NCBI GenBank assembly: GCA_030066085.1
Contig: JASJCI010000033.1
Span: 12,570 to 76,569 of the forward strand
DNA length: 64,000 bases
Reading direction: 5' to 3'
Source: Gammaproteobacteria bacterium
GTDB taxonomy: Bacteria > Pseudomonadota > Gammaproteobacteria > GCA-001735895
Shown: one piece after another, positions 30,383 through 39,444 of the stretch
Position numbering within the stretch: position 1 is the first letter of the stretch
Layout: each line of letters begins with the position of its first letter
Position numbers and translations under genes: made by a program
The notes under the pieces: model-generated
What the model was told of the DNA's origin: nothing
What the model saw: only the letters and a program-made list of their open reading frames with translations
Database searches by the model: none

Positions 30383-30488
30383 GTGTCACCCCGCGGCTCG
30401 ACCGCGGGGTCCATGGGATCCGGCATCGAACCGATTCCTGTGGATACCGCGGTTTTAGGCCCTTTGGGTCCGAGCCGCGGTATGACAC
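30383..30488. repeat. 106-bp nested palindromic element (RPE/MITE-like)
   Basis: Terminal inverted repeats GTGTCACCCCGCGGCTCG / CGAGCCGCGGTATGACAC (16/18) and inner inverted pair ACCGCGGGGTCCA / TGGATACCGCGGT. Confidence 0.75.
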
Positions 30489-30517
30489 CCACAAGATAAA
30501 GAACTGGAGTTTGAGCA

Positions 30518-31681
30518 ATGCTGCATTTCGGACTGAGTTTTGAACAGGAAATGATCGTCGACACGGTCAGGTCCTTTGTCGAAAACGAGATTTACCCGCA
30601 CGAGGCCGAGGTCGAACGTACGGGCGAAGTACCACGGGAACTCGGCCTCGAGATTCGCGACAAGTGTATCGAAGCCGGCTACTTCGCGGCCAATATCGCC
30701 GAGGAATTCGGCGGCGGCGGCCTCGGCCACGTCGATTTCACCCTGCTCGAACGCGAGCTCGGCCGCGCGTCGAACGCACTCGCGGTGTTCTTCGGACGGC
30801 CTTCCGGCATCCTGCAGGCCTGCGACGAAGCCCAGCGCGAGAAATATCTTTTCCCGGCCGTCCGCGGCGAAAAGTTCGACGCGCTGGCGATGACCGAACC
30901 CGGCGCCGGTTCCGACGTCCGCGGTATGAAGTGCAGCGCCAGGCCCGACGGTGACGACTGGATCATCAACGGCAGTAAACACTTCATCAGTCATGCCGAC
31001 ATCGCCGACTTCGTGATCGTCTTCGTCGCCACCGGCGAAGAAGATACGCCGCGCGGCCCAAAGAAAAAAATCACCTGCTTCCTGGTCGATCGTGGCGAGC
31101 CCGGCTTCGAAATCCGCCCCGGCTATAACTCGGTCAGTCATCGCGGTTACAAGAACTGTATCCTGAACTTCGACAACTGCCGAATTCCGTCGTCGCAGGT
31201 GCTGGGCGAAGTGCACGGCGGTTTCGACGTGATGAACGAGTGGCTTTACGCCACCCGCCTGACGGTTGCCGCCACCAGCGTCGGCCGCGCGCGTCGCGCC
31301 TTCGAATACGCGCTGCCCTACTGCGCCGAGCGCAAGCAGTTCGGCCAGCAAATCGGCAAGTTCCAGGGCGTGTCGTTCAAGCTCGCCGACATGATTACCG
31401 AGATCGACTGCGCCGACTGGCTCACGCTGGCCGGGGCCTGGCGCCTCGACCAGGGCCTCGAAGCCAATCGCGAAATCGCAAGCGCCAAGGTCTATGCCAC
31501 CGAGATGCTTGCGCGCGTGACCGACGAGGCGATCCAGATTTTCGGCGGCATGGGCCTGATGGACGAGCTGCCGCTGGAGCGTTTCTGGCGCGACGCGCGG
31601 GTCGAGCGTATCTGGGACGGCACCTCGGAAATCCAGCGCCATATCATTTCGCGCGACCTGCTGCGGCCGCTGGGCGGCTAA
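30518..31681 (+). CDS. Acyl-CoA dehydrogenase (putative gamma-butyrobetainyl-CoA dehydrogenase, BcoC-like)
   Basis: AMTEPGAGSD, INGSKHFIS, RKQFG, IQIFGGMG and RIWDGTSEIQR motifs; context of the carnitine cluster. Confidence 0.88.
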   Translation: MLHFGLSFEQEMIVDTVRSFVENEIYPHEAEVERTGEVPRELGLEIRDKCIEAGYFAANIAEEFGGGGLGHVDFTLLERELGRASNALAVFFGRPSGILQACDEAQREKYLFPAVRGEKFDALAMTEPGAGSDVRGMKCSARPDGDDWIINGSKHFISHADIADFVIVFVATGEEDTPRGPKKKITCFLVDRGEPGFEIRPGYNSVSHRGYKNCILNFDNCRIPSSQVLGEVHGGFDVMNEWLYATRLTVAATSVGRARRAFEYALPYCAERKQFGQQIGKFQGVSFKLADMITEIDCADWLTLAGAWRLDQGLEANREIASAKVYATEMLARVTDEAIQIFGGMGLMDELPLERFWRDARVERIWDGTSEIQRHIISRDLLRPLGG

Positions 31682-33745
31682 ATGCGGCTCGAGCGACTGC
31701 TGCGTCCGCGCTCGATCGCGGCCTTCGGCGGGCTGCAGGCCAGCCGCGTGGTCGAGCAGTGCCAGCTGCTGGGCTACGACGGCGATATCTGGCCGGTCCA
31801 CCCGAGTCATGACGAGGTTCGCGGACTCAAGGCCTATCGCCTGATCGAAGACCTGCCCGCGGCGCCCGACGCGGCCTTTATCGGCGTCAACCGCCACTTG
31901 ACGATCGAGGTGGTCACGCGCCTGCGCGAGGCCGGCTGTGGCGGTGCGGTCTGCTTCGCCTCGGGCTTTCTCGAATCGGACACCACCGGCGGCGAACTGC
32001 AGGCCGAGCTGATCGACGCCGCCGGCGACATGCCGGTACTCGGACCCAACTGCTACGGCTTTATCAATTACGCCGACGGTGCGTTGCTGTGGCCGGACCA
32101 GCAGGGCGGTCGACGCCTTGCCGCGGGCAGCACCGGTATTGCGATCATCGCGCAGTCATCCAATATCGCGATCAACTTCACCATGCAGCAGCGCGGCATG
32201 CCGCTGGCCTACGTCATGACCGTCGGCAACCAGGCCGTGGTCGGCGTATCAGAGATGGCGCTGAACCTGCTCGACGATCCACGCGTCACCGTGCTCGGCA
32301 TCTACCTCGAAGGTTTTGACTCCGTCCCCGATTTCGAGGCGCTGGCGCGCAGGTCGCGCGAGCTGCGCAAACCGGTGGTTTTCTACACCGTCGGCAAGAG
32401 TCCGCAGGCGCAGAAGTCGGCGATGACGCATACCGCGTCGCTGGTCGGCTCGCACGCGGTATCGAGCGAATTCCTGCGCCGCAACGGCTTCGGCCAGGCG
32501 CACTCGATCCCGGTGTTCCTCGAAACCCTCAAACTGTTACACGTGCACGGCCCGCTCGACGGGTACCGGGTATCGTCGATGTCCTGTTCGGGCGGCGAAG
32601 CGAGCATCATTGCCGACGCCGCCGAGGGCCGCAAGGTTTACTTCCCCGATCTCGAACCGGCGCAGAAAAAACCGATCGAGGACGCGCTCGGTCCACTGGT
32701 AACGGTCGACAACCCGCTCGATTATCACACCTACAGCTGGGCCAACCGCGAGATGATGGAAGGCGCCTACCGCGGCATGGTCATGCACGATTTCGACCTG
32801 AACTACCTGATCCTCGACTTCCCGCATTCGACGCACTGCGACGACAGCGAATGGCACATCGCGGTCGATGCATTCGAAAGCGCGCTCGCGGCGCACGGGT
32901 CGAAAGGCGCGTTCGTCGTCGGTATGCCCGAGAACATTCCCGAGTCGTATATCGAAAACTACCGCGATCGCGGCATGGCGACGCTGCTCGGCATCGACGA
33001 CGCCCTGGATGCGACCGCTATCGCGGCCGACATCGGCACCGCCTGGCAACGGCCGCCGGCAACACCGGTCATGCCGCTGCCCCCGGCCGGCGCGACGCGG
33101 ATCACGCTCGACGAGGCCGGCGCCAAGCAAACCCTGGCCGCGGCCGGCGTGCCGATACCCGCGGGCAGCCGCGTAACGACGGTCGACGACGCGGTCGAAC
33201 GCGCCGGCGAAATCGGTTTCCCGGTAGCGCTCAAGGCGCTCGGTATCGCGCACAAGACCGAGCGCAACGCGGTACGCCTCGATCTCGCCGACGCCGACGC
33301 CGTGCGCGCCGCCGCCGCATCGCTGTTCGAGCTTGCCGCTGAACTCTACGTCGAACGGATGTTCGCCGCGGTTGCCGAGCTGATCGTCGGCGTGACGCGC
33401 GATCCGAAATTCGGCCTGGTGCTGACGGTCGGCAGCGGCGGCATCCTGGTCGAAATGCTGCGCGACGCGCGCACGCTGCTGGTCCCGGCGACGCGCGACG
33501 AGGTGGCCGGCGCACTCGAACAACTGCGCTCGGCGCCGTTGCTGCACGGTTTTCGCGGCCGCCCGGCAGCCGATATCGACGCCGCCGTCGATGCGATCAT
33601 GGCGATCCAGGCCTGGGCACAGGCCGGGGCCGCGAACCTGGTCGAACTCGACGTCAACCCGCTGCTGTGCGGCGCCCGCGGCCAGTCCGCGGTGGCCGCC
33701 GATGCACTCATAGTCCTGGAGGATTCCGAATCATGTCAGAAGTAA
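31682..33745 (+). CDS. ADP-forming acyl-CoA synthetase (acetate-CoA ligase family; putative BcoA/B gamma-butyrobetaine-CoA ligase)
   Basis: LLRPRSIA, LGPNCYG, THTASL (phospho-His), NPLD, ATP-grasp HKTE and ELDVNPL. Confidence 0.85.
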   Translation: MRLERLLRPRSIAAFGGLQASRVVEQCQLLGYDGDIWPVHPSHDEVRGLKAYRLIEDLPAAPDAAFIGVNRHLTIEVVTRLREAGCGGAVCFASGFLESDTTGGELQAELIDAAGDMPVLGPNCYGFINYADGALLWPDQQGGRRLAAGSTGIAIIAQSSNIAINFTMQQRGMPLAYVMTVGNQAVVGVSEMALNLLDDPRVTVLGIYLEGFDSVPDFEALARRSRELRKPVVFYTVGKSPQAQKSAMTHTASLVGSHAVSSEFLRRNGFGQAHSIPVFLETLKLLHVHGPLDGYRVSSMSCSGGEASIIADAAEGRKVYFPDLEPAQKKPIEDALGPLVTVDNPLDYHTYSWANREMMEGAYRGMVMHDFDLNYLILDFPHSTHCDDSEWHIAVDAFESALAAHGSKGAFVVGMPENIPESYIENYRDRGMATLLGIDDALDATAIAADIGTAWQRPPATPVMPLPPAGATRITLDEAGAKQTLAAAGVPIPAGSRVTTVDDAVERAGEIGFPVALKALGIAHKTERNAVRLDLADADAVRAAAASLFELAAELYVERMFAAVAELIVGVTRDPKFGLVLTVGSGGILVEMLRDARTLLVPATRDEVAGALEQLRSAPLLHGFRGRPAADIDAAVDAIMAIQAWAQAGAANLVELDVNPLLCGARGQSAVAADALIVLEDSESCQK

Positions 33746-34515
33746 TCACCACGCGCCGCGAAGGCGCCGTACTCGAAGTCACGCTGGATCGACCCAAGGC
33801 CAACGCCATCGACCTGCAGACCAGTCGCCTGATGGGAGAGACCTTCCGCGAATTCCGGGATGACCCCGAGCTGCGCGTGGCCATCGTGCGTACCGCCGGC
33901 GAAAAGTTTTTCTGTGCCGGCTGGGATTTGAAGGCCGCGGCTGGCGGCGACGCGGTCGACGGTGATTACGGCGTCGGCGGGTTTGCCGGTCTGCAGGAAC
34001 TGCGCGGACTCAACAAGCCCGTTATCGCCGCGGTGCAGGGTATGGCGGTCGGCGGCGGCTTCGAACTGGCGCTGTCGGCGGACCTGATCTACGCCTCCGA
34101 CAGTTCCAGTTTTGCGCTGCCCGAGATCAAGGCCGGCACCCTTGCCGATGCGGCCACGATCAAGTTGCCGAAACGTATTCCCTACCACATCGCGATGGAG
34201 TTGCTCTACCTGGGCCGCTGGATGGACGCCGAGGAAGCGCATCGCTGGGGCCTGGTCAACGAGGTGCTGCCCGCCGACCAGCTGATGGACCGGGTGTGGG
34301 CAGTAGCGCGGGAGCTTGCATCCGGCCCGCCGCTGGTATTTGCATCGATCAAGGAAGTCGCGCGCGAGGCCGAGGCGATGAAGTTCCAGGAAGCCATGAA
34401 CTGGATTACCAAGCGCCAGTTCGAAACCGTCGACGTGCTCTACGGCAGCGAGGACAACATGGAAGGCTTCAAGGCATTCGCCGAAAAACGCGATCCCGTG
34501 TGGAAAGGAAAGTAA
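33733..34515 (+). CDS. caiD: Carnitinyl-CoA dehydratase / crotonobetainyl-CoA hydratase
   Basis: TLDRPKANAID, FFCAGWDLKAAA, DYGVGGFAGL, GGGFEL, LPE and AFAEKRDPVWKGK motifs. Confidence 0.9.
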   Translation: MSEVITTRREGAVLEVTLDRPKANAIDLQTSRLMGETFREFRDDPELRVAIVRTAGEKFFCAGWDLKAAAGGDAVDGDYGVGGFAGLQELRGLNKPVIAAVQGMAVGGGFELALSADLIYASDSSSFALPEIKAGTLADAATIKLPKRIPYHIAMELLYLGRWMDAEEAHRWGLVNEVLPADQLMDRVWAVARELASGPPLVFASIKEVAREAEAMKFQEAMNWITKRQFETVDVLYGSEDNMEGFKAFAEKRDPVWKGK

Positions 34516-34575
34516 CCAGGGGATCGCGCCAGCTCGCGGCTGGCGCCTCCCCGGCTTCTCGAATACATTCATGGC

Positions 34576-34991
34576 ATGGGCAGGGCAACATTCGGCGGCA
34601 GGAGAAAGTACAACCTCGGCATCGAGGGCATCGATTTTCAGCACCACTACTTCGTCAACTGATCAATCGGCTCTCAACCGGCCTGACCATGACTACCGAG
34701 CCGAGCCGGCGCTCGGCACTAATTGCCGAACTGAACGCCTGCGCGCGTTTTCATTTCGGCAGCGAAGAAAATATCATGGTCGAAACGGGCTATCCGCAGC
34801 TCGCAAAGCACCGGCAGCATCATCGCGACCTGATCAGCGAGCTGAACGCGACAGAATCCATGCCGCGGTTACCCAGGACGGATAAACGCGCCGAGGAAAT
34901 CGTCGAGTTCCCGAGGGACTGGCTCATCGGCCTTACCGTCGGCGAAGATCGGCCGTTTGCCGGTTTCTACCATCGACAAAAGAAGCACTAG
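34576..34991 (+). pseudogene. Bacteriohemerythrin pseudogene (frameshifted)
   Basis: One frame reads KYNLGIEGIDFQHHYFVN* (stop 34660-34662); another continues LINRL...HFGSEENIM...YP...H...H; the final WL..H motif reads WLIGL. Confidence 0.75.
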
Positions 34992-35102
34992 CCAGCCGCA
35001 ATACCGCTGCCACAACCGATGCGCCGGATAACACAATCCATTATCATGGCGCACGGATGTCCAGTAACGACGCCTTCAGGATCCAGTGCCGGGCCAGCCA
35101 TC

Positions 35103-37043
35103 ATGAACAACAGTCAACCACTCTGGACTCCCAGCCAGTCCAGTATCGAAGCCGCCAACCTGAGCGCCTTCATCGACCAGGTCAACCAGCGATACAACCT
35201 CGATATCGCCGACTACGACGCGCTTTACCGGTGGTCCATCGACGAAGCCGAACGCTTCTGGTCCGAGGTGTGGGACTTTTGCGGAATCGTCGGCGACAAG
35301 GGTGAGCAGATCCTGCTCGACGGCGACGATATCGAACAGGCGCAGTGGTTTCCCGATGCCCGCCTGAACTTTGCCGAAAACCTGCTGCGCGAGCACAGCG
35401 ATGAAGTCGCCATCGTCTTCCGTGCCGAGGACCAGGTCGAATCGAGCCTGAGCTGGCGCGAGCTGCAGGCCCAGGTTGCCAGTGTCGCCGCGTGGCTGCG
35501 CGCGCAGGGTTTGCAGCCGGGCGACCGCGTGGCCGGTTACCTGCCGAACATGCCCGAAGCCGTGGTGGCGATGCTCGCGGTCGCGAGCCAGGGCGCGATC
35601 TGGACCTCGACCTCGCCCGACTTCGGCGTCGACAGCGTGGTCGACCGCTTCGGCCAGACCGCACCGCGCTTCCTGTTCAGCGTCGACGGCTACTTTTACA
35701 ACGGTAAAAAACACAGCATCAATGCCAAGATCGATCAAATCTGCGAGCAGGTCGGTGCGATCGAACAGGTCGTGCAAATCGAATTCGCCGGCTTCGGCCG
35801 GCGCGCGGCATCGGTGTCATGGCAGGAAATCCTGGCGGAGCCGGCCGCAGGCATCAGTTTCGTTCCCTGCGGTTTCAACGATCCGCTGTACGTGCTCTAC
35901 TCGTCGGGAACGACCGGCAAGCCGAAATGTATCACCCACGGGGTGGGCGGCACGCTGATCCAGCACCTCAAGGAACAGGTGCTGCATTGCGATATCAAGC
36001 CCGGCGACCGCGTGTTCTACTTCACCACGCTGGGCTGGATGATGTGGAACTGGCTGGTCAGCGCCCTTGCCAGCCGCGCGACCCTGGTGCTGTACGACGG
36101 CTCGCCGTTTTATCCCGACGGCGAAGTACTCTGGCGTTATGCAGCCGACGCCGGGATGTCGTTTTTCGGCACCTCCGCCAAGTACATCGACGCCATGAAA
36201 AAGGCCGAGCTCGCGCCGATCGACAGCTTCGAGCTGCCGGCCCTGCGCAGCATTGCCTCGACCGGCTCGGTGCTGGCACCGGAGAGCTTCGACTACGTTT
36301 ACGACCGGATCAAGCAAGACGTTTGCCTGGCATCGATCTCGGGCGGTACCGACATCGTGTCCTGCTTCGTGCTGTCCTGCCCGCTGCGCCCGGTCTACCG
36401 CGGCGAGGCCCAGTGCCGGGGCCTAGGGCTGGCGGTCGACGTGTTCGATGACGAGGGTCGTTCGCTGCATGGAGAAAAGGGTGAACTGGTCTGCACGCAA
36501 TCGTTTCCGAGCCAGCCCGTGTACTTCTGGGGCGACGACACCGGCGAAAGGTACCACGACGCCTATTTCGGCCGCTTCGACAACGTCTGGCATCACGGTG
36601 ACTATGTCATGCTGACCGATCGCGACGGCATCGTGATCTACGGTCGCTCCGACGCGACCCTGAATCCCGGTGGCGTGCGGATCGGCACCGCCGAGATTTA
36701 TCGCCACGTCGAACAGCTCGACGAAGTGATCGAAAGTATCGTCATCGGCCAGGACTGGGACAGCGACGTGCGCGTGGTGCTGTTCGTCGTGCTGCAGGAC
36801 GATCTCGAGCTGGACGATGCGCTGGCCGAGCGCATCCGGCGTACCGTGCGCGACAAGTGCACGCCGCGCCACGTACCGGCAAAAATCCTGCAGGTCGCGG
36901 AAATTCCGCGCACCAAGTCCGGCAAGATCGTTGAGCTGGCGGTACGCGAGGTGGTTCACGACCGCCCGGTCAAAAACCTGCACTCGCTGGCCAATCCGGA
37001 CGCGCTCGAACTCTATCGCAACCTGCCCGAGCTGCAGTCCTGA
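35103..37043 (+). CDS. acsA: Acetoacetate-CoA ligase
   Basis: PLWTPS, WFPDARLNFAENLL, LYSSGTTGKPKCITHG, GWMMWNWL, SGGTD, GRSDATLNPGGVRIGTAE; start MNNSQ at 35103. Confidence 0.92.
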   Translation: MNNSQPLWTPSQSSIEAANLSAFIDQVNQRYNLDIADYDALYRWSIDEAERFWSEVWDFCGIVGDKGEQILLDGDDIEQAQWFPDARLNFAENLLREHSDEVAIVFRAEDQVESSLSWRELQAQVASVAAWLRAQGLQPGDRVAGYLPNMPEAVVAMLAVASQGAIWTSTSPDFGVDSVVDRFGQTAPRFLFSVDGYFYNGKKHSINAKIDQICEQVGAIEQVVQIEFAGFGRRAASVSWQEILAEPAAGISFVPCGFNDPLYVLYSSGTTGKPKCITHGVGGTLIQHLKEQVLHCDIKPGDRVFYFTTLGWMMWNWLVSALASRATLVLYDGSPFYPDGEVLWRYAADAGMSFFGTSAKYIDAMKKAELAPIDSFELPALRSIASTGSVLAPESFDYVYDRIKQDVCLASISGGTDIVSCFVLSCPLRPVYRGEAQCRGLGLAVDVFDDEGRSLHGEKGELVCTQSFPSQPVYFWGDDTGERYHDAYFGRFDNVWHHGDYVMLTDRDGIVIYGRSDATLNPGGVRIGTAEIYRHVEQLDEVIESIVIGQDWDSDVRVVLFVVLQDDLELDDALAERIRRTVRDKCTPRHVPAKILQVAEIPRTKSGKIVELAVREVVHDRPVKNLHSLANPDALELYRNLPELQS

Positions 37044-37143
37044 GCGCCATTTTGAGCGCAATCCCGGTGACGCCACCCGCGCGACGATGCATTCTCGCAG
37101 CACGACTGCCACGCCGTGCCGCCACACGCGATGACGGCACAGC

Positions 37144-38049
37144 GTGGAGCCTGTCCTGAAGACACTCGCTCGACCCGTGCTGCTGAACTGGACGCTGTTG
37201 ATGGTGCTGGTTGCACTGTGGGGGACGTCGTTCATGTTCACCGCGATCTCGGTTGCCACCGTCGACCCGGTATCGGTCGTGTTCTACCGGCTCGCGCTCG
37301 GCGCGGTGGTGCTGTCGCTGGTCATCTACGCCCGCGGCGAAACGCTGCCGCTGAACTGGCGCTCATGGAGCGGCTTCCTGGTCATGGCGATTGCCGGCAA
37401 CGCACTGCCCTTCTTCCTGATCTCCTGGGGACAGCAAAGCGTGGATTCGGGGGTTGCCGGCATGATCATGGCGATCATGCCGCTGTTGACGATGGTATTC
37501 GCGCATTACCTCGTCCCCGGGGAGACCCTGAATCGTTACAAGTTCATCGGTTTCCTGCTCGGTATCACCGGCGTGACGCTGCTGCTGGGGCCGGTGTTCG
37601 AGGGCGGCGGACGGGAGTTCTGGAGCGGTTGCGCAATTTTTACCGCGGCCACCTGTTACGCGGTCAACGCGATCCTGATCAAGCGCCTGCCGCGCCACAG
37701 CCCGATGGTTGGCGCCGGTGGCGTGCTGCTGATGGCGACACTGGTGCTGTTTCCGTTCTGGCTCGCCTTCCGCTCCGAGCAGGCCGCGATCAGCCAGGCG
37801 TCGATGTTCTCCGTGATCTGGCTCGGTATCGGTCCAACCGGTATCGCCACGATCGTGCTGTTTGCCGTAATCGATCGCGCCGGACCGACTTTCCTGTCGA
37901 CGATCAACTACCTGATTCCGGTGGTCGCTTTTTTCTGTGGCGCCTGGCTGCTGAACGAAAGCGTTGGCTGGCTGCACTACCTGGCGCTGGTGACGATCCT
38001 GGTCGGCATCGCCGTCACCCGTCGCAGGGCGATTCCTCAGCGGGCATGA
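37144..38049 (+). CDS. DMT (EamA) family transporter
   Basis: LWGTSFMF, GNALPFFLISWGQ and GPTFLSTINYLIPVVA motifs. Confidence 0.88.
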   Translation: MEPVLKTLARPVLLNWTLLMVLVALWGTSFMFTAISVATVDPVSVVFYRLALGAVVLSLVIYARGETLPLNWRSWSGFLVMAIAGNALPFFLISWGQQSVDSGVAGMIMAIMPLLTMVFAHYLVPGETLNRYKFIGFLLGITGVTLLLGPVFEGGGREFWSGCAIFTAATCYAVNAILIKRLPRHSPMVGAGGVLLMATLVLFPFWLAFRSEQAAISQASMFSVIWLGIGPTGIATIVLFAVIDRAGPTFLSTINYLIPVVAFFCGAWLLNESVGWLHYLALVTILVGIAVTRRRAIPQRA

Positions 38050-38140
38050 CACAAGCGCTACCCGCGCAATACCGCGTCCATGGATTTGCTCCGCTCACCT
38101 TGCGCAGCACCGAAATCGGGCAAACGGGCTCGCTTGCAGG

Positions 38141-38222
38141 CGGACATTACTCTATCATGTGCTAGACAAAATTTAGGCAACCAGCGATCCAGGCGCGCTG
38201 ATTGCGCGTTTGATAGTAGACA
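38141..38222 (+). promoter_or_regulatory. Putative autoregulatory operator of the MerR gene (11-bp-phased TnnACA-like repeats)
   Basis: CGGACA 38141, TAGACA 38163 and TAGGCA 38174 (multiples of 11 bp), plus TAGACA 38217. Confidence 0.5.
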
Positions 38223-38243
38223 TTTTTTAAGCTGACGATCAAC

Positions 38244-39209
38244 ATGGCCGCAAATTCCCCGAGTCCCGACCGGGCCGAGGCGCGTTACCGCATCGGTGCC
38301 GTCTGCCGCCTGACCGGAATCAGCCAGCACGTGCTGCGCGTGTGGGAAAAACGCTATGGCGTGGTAGAGCCAATGCGTGGGCCCAACCAGCGGCGGCTGT
38401 ACAGCGAAGCCGACCTCCGACGACTGTCCCTGCTCAAGGCGCTGGTCGACAGCGGCCACGCCATCGGCAGCATCGCCACGCTCGATGACCCGGCTCTCGA
38501 AACCCGCCTGCAGCATTCCCGGGGCCCGCTCAAGACCCGGCAGCCGGTCGAGTTACCGCGCCTGCTGCTGGTCGGGCATTCGCTGGAGCTGCTTGCATCG
38601 GCCTGCGCTGACAGCAGCAGCTATGAGCTGGTCGCCAAACACCATGATCTTGCCGCGGTTGCGCCCGGTACCCGTGCCGATGTCGCGGTGCTGGAGCGCG
38701 CCAACCTTTACCCGGAAACGGCCGCGGAAGCCAACCGTATCGTCACCGATCTGAACCTGCGCCTGCTGGTGCTGGTTTACGACTTTGCGTCACGGGCTAC
38801 CCTCGAACGAATGCGCGGCGAGCGGATCGTTACCGTGCGGGCACCGCTGGATGCAAACTCGCTCGACGCGGTGGTCGCCACCCGTTTCGCGGGCACGCAA
38901 TATCCATCCGACAGCGGCCAGGATTCGCTACCGCTGCCGCCAGCCCGCCAGTTCAGCGATCGGCAACTGGCCCACCTCGCGGCCCAGTCGAGCGAGATCG
39001 CTTGCGAATGCCCCCAGCACCTGGCCCGGATCGTCGGCCATCTCGCCCATTTCGAGGCCTACAGCGCCGATTGCGAATCGCGCTCTCCCGCCGATGCCGC
39101 GCTGCATCGGGAACTGTTCGAAATTACCTCGCGTGCGCGGGCCAGGATGGAACAGGCACTGCAACGGGTAATCGAGGCGGAAGGCCTGTCCGCCGACCCG
39201 GACGACTGA
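38244..39209 (+). CDS. MerR-family regulator, LitR/CarH-like HTH with C-terminal CECPxH domain
   Basis: YRIGAVCRLTGI..LRVWEKRY..P.R...RRLYS..D HTH; C-terminal ACECPQHL..FEAYS..C...DAALH; no B12-binding ExH/WxxG motif seen. Confidence 0.85.
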   Translation: MAANSPSPDRAEARYRIGAVCRLTGISQHVLRVWEKRYGVVEPMRGPNQRRLYSEADLRRLSLLKALVDSGHAIGSIATLDDPALETRLQHSRGPLKTRQPVELPRLLLVGHSLELLASACADSSSYELVAKHHDLAAVAPGTRADVAVLERANLYPETAAEANRIVTDLNLRLLVLVYDFASRATLERMRGERIVTVRAPLDANSLDAVVATRFAGTQYPSDSGQDSLPLPPARQFSDRQLAHLAAQSSEIACECPQHLARIVGHLAHFEAYSADCESRSPADAALHRELFEITSRARARMEQALQRVIEAEGLSADPDD

Positions 39210-39233
39210 TCCCGCCCGATTTCTCCCGCGTAT

Positions 39234-39258
39234 AAAAAAAGCCCCGGCAAGCCGGGGC
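39234..39258 (-). terminator. Rho-independent terminator facing the minus strand
   Basis: GCCCCGGC-TT-GCCGGGGC followed by T7 on the minus strand; no minus-strand protein gene upstream of it. Confidence 0.85.
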
Positions 39259-39349
39259 AACTGTATCTGTATCAGGCTTTGGGCGGAGAGCAGCCGCCCG
39301 AGAGAGTGCGCCGTCCCTGGCGCGGTAACGAGAGAACTCGCATGATCAA

Positions 39350-39366
39350 TGTCTATATATTGTTCA
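39350..39366 (-). promoter_or_regulatory. Operator box A (TGAACAATATATAGACA)
   Basis: Two TnnACA cores 11 bp apart; 15/17 identical to box B, in inverted orientation. Confidence 0.6.
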
Positions 39367-39369
39367 TGC

Positions 39370-39407
39370 TTGACGTAGACAATAAGTGATTCTATTATCT
39401 TCGTCAA
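39370..39407. promoter_or_regulatory. Overlapping divergent sigma70 promoters (quasi-palindrome)
   Basis: Plus: TTGACG(39370-75)-N17-TATTAT(39393-98). Minus: TTGACG(39407-02)-N17-TATTGT(39384-79). Arms 13/15 identical. Confidence 0.7.
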
Positions 39408-39427
39408 ATATATTTTTACGTTTATTG

Positions 39428-39444
39428 TGAACTTTATATAGACA
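39428..39444 (+). promoter_or_regulatory. Operator box B (TGAACTTTATATAGACA)
   Basis: Inverted near-copy of box A, downstream of the plus-strand promoter. Confidence 0.6.

Larger units (their letters stand above)
39234..39372 (-). ncRNA. Putative ~135-nt small RNA
   Basis: Bounded by a sigma70-like promoter (TTGACG-N17-TATTGT) and an intrinsic terminator; four internal hairpins; CU-rich segments. Confidence 0.55.

Noticed and set aside
39272-39343. 23-aa minus-strand ORF MRVLSLPRQGRRTLSGGCSPPKA inside the sRNA candidate
   Set aside because: No RBS, the start codon lies in a hairpin stem, and the peptide is not hydrophobic or toxin-like. Not fully excluded without Ribo-seq.
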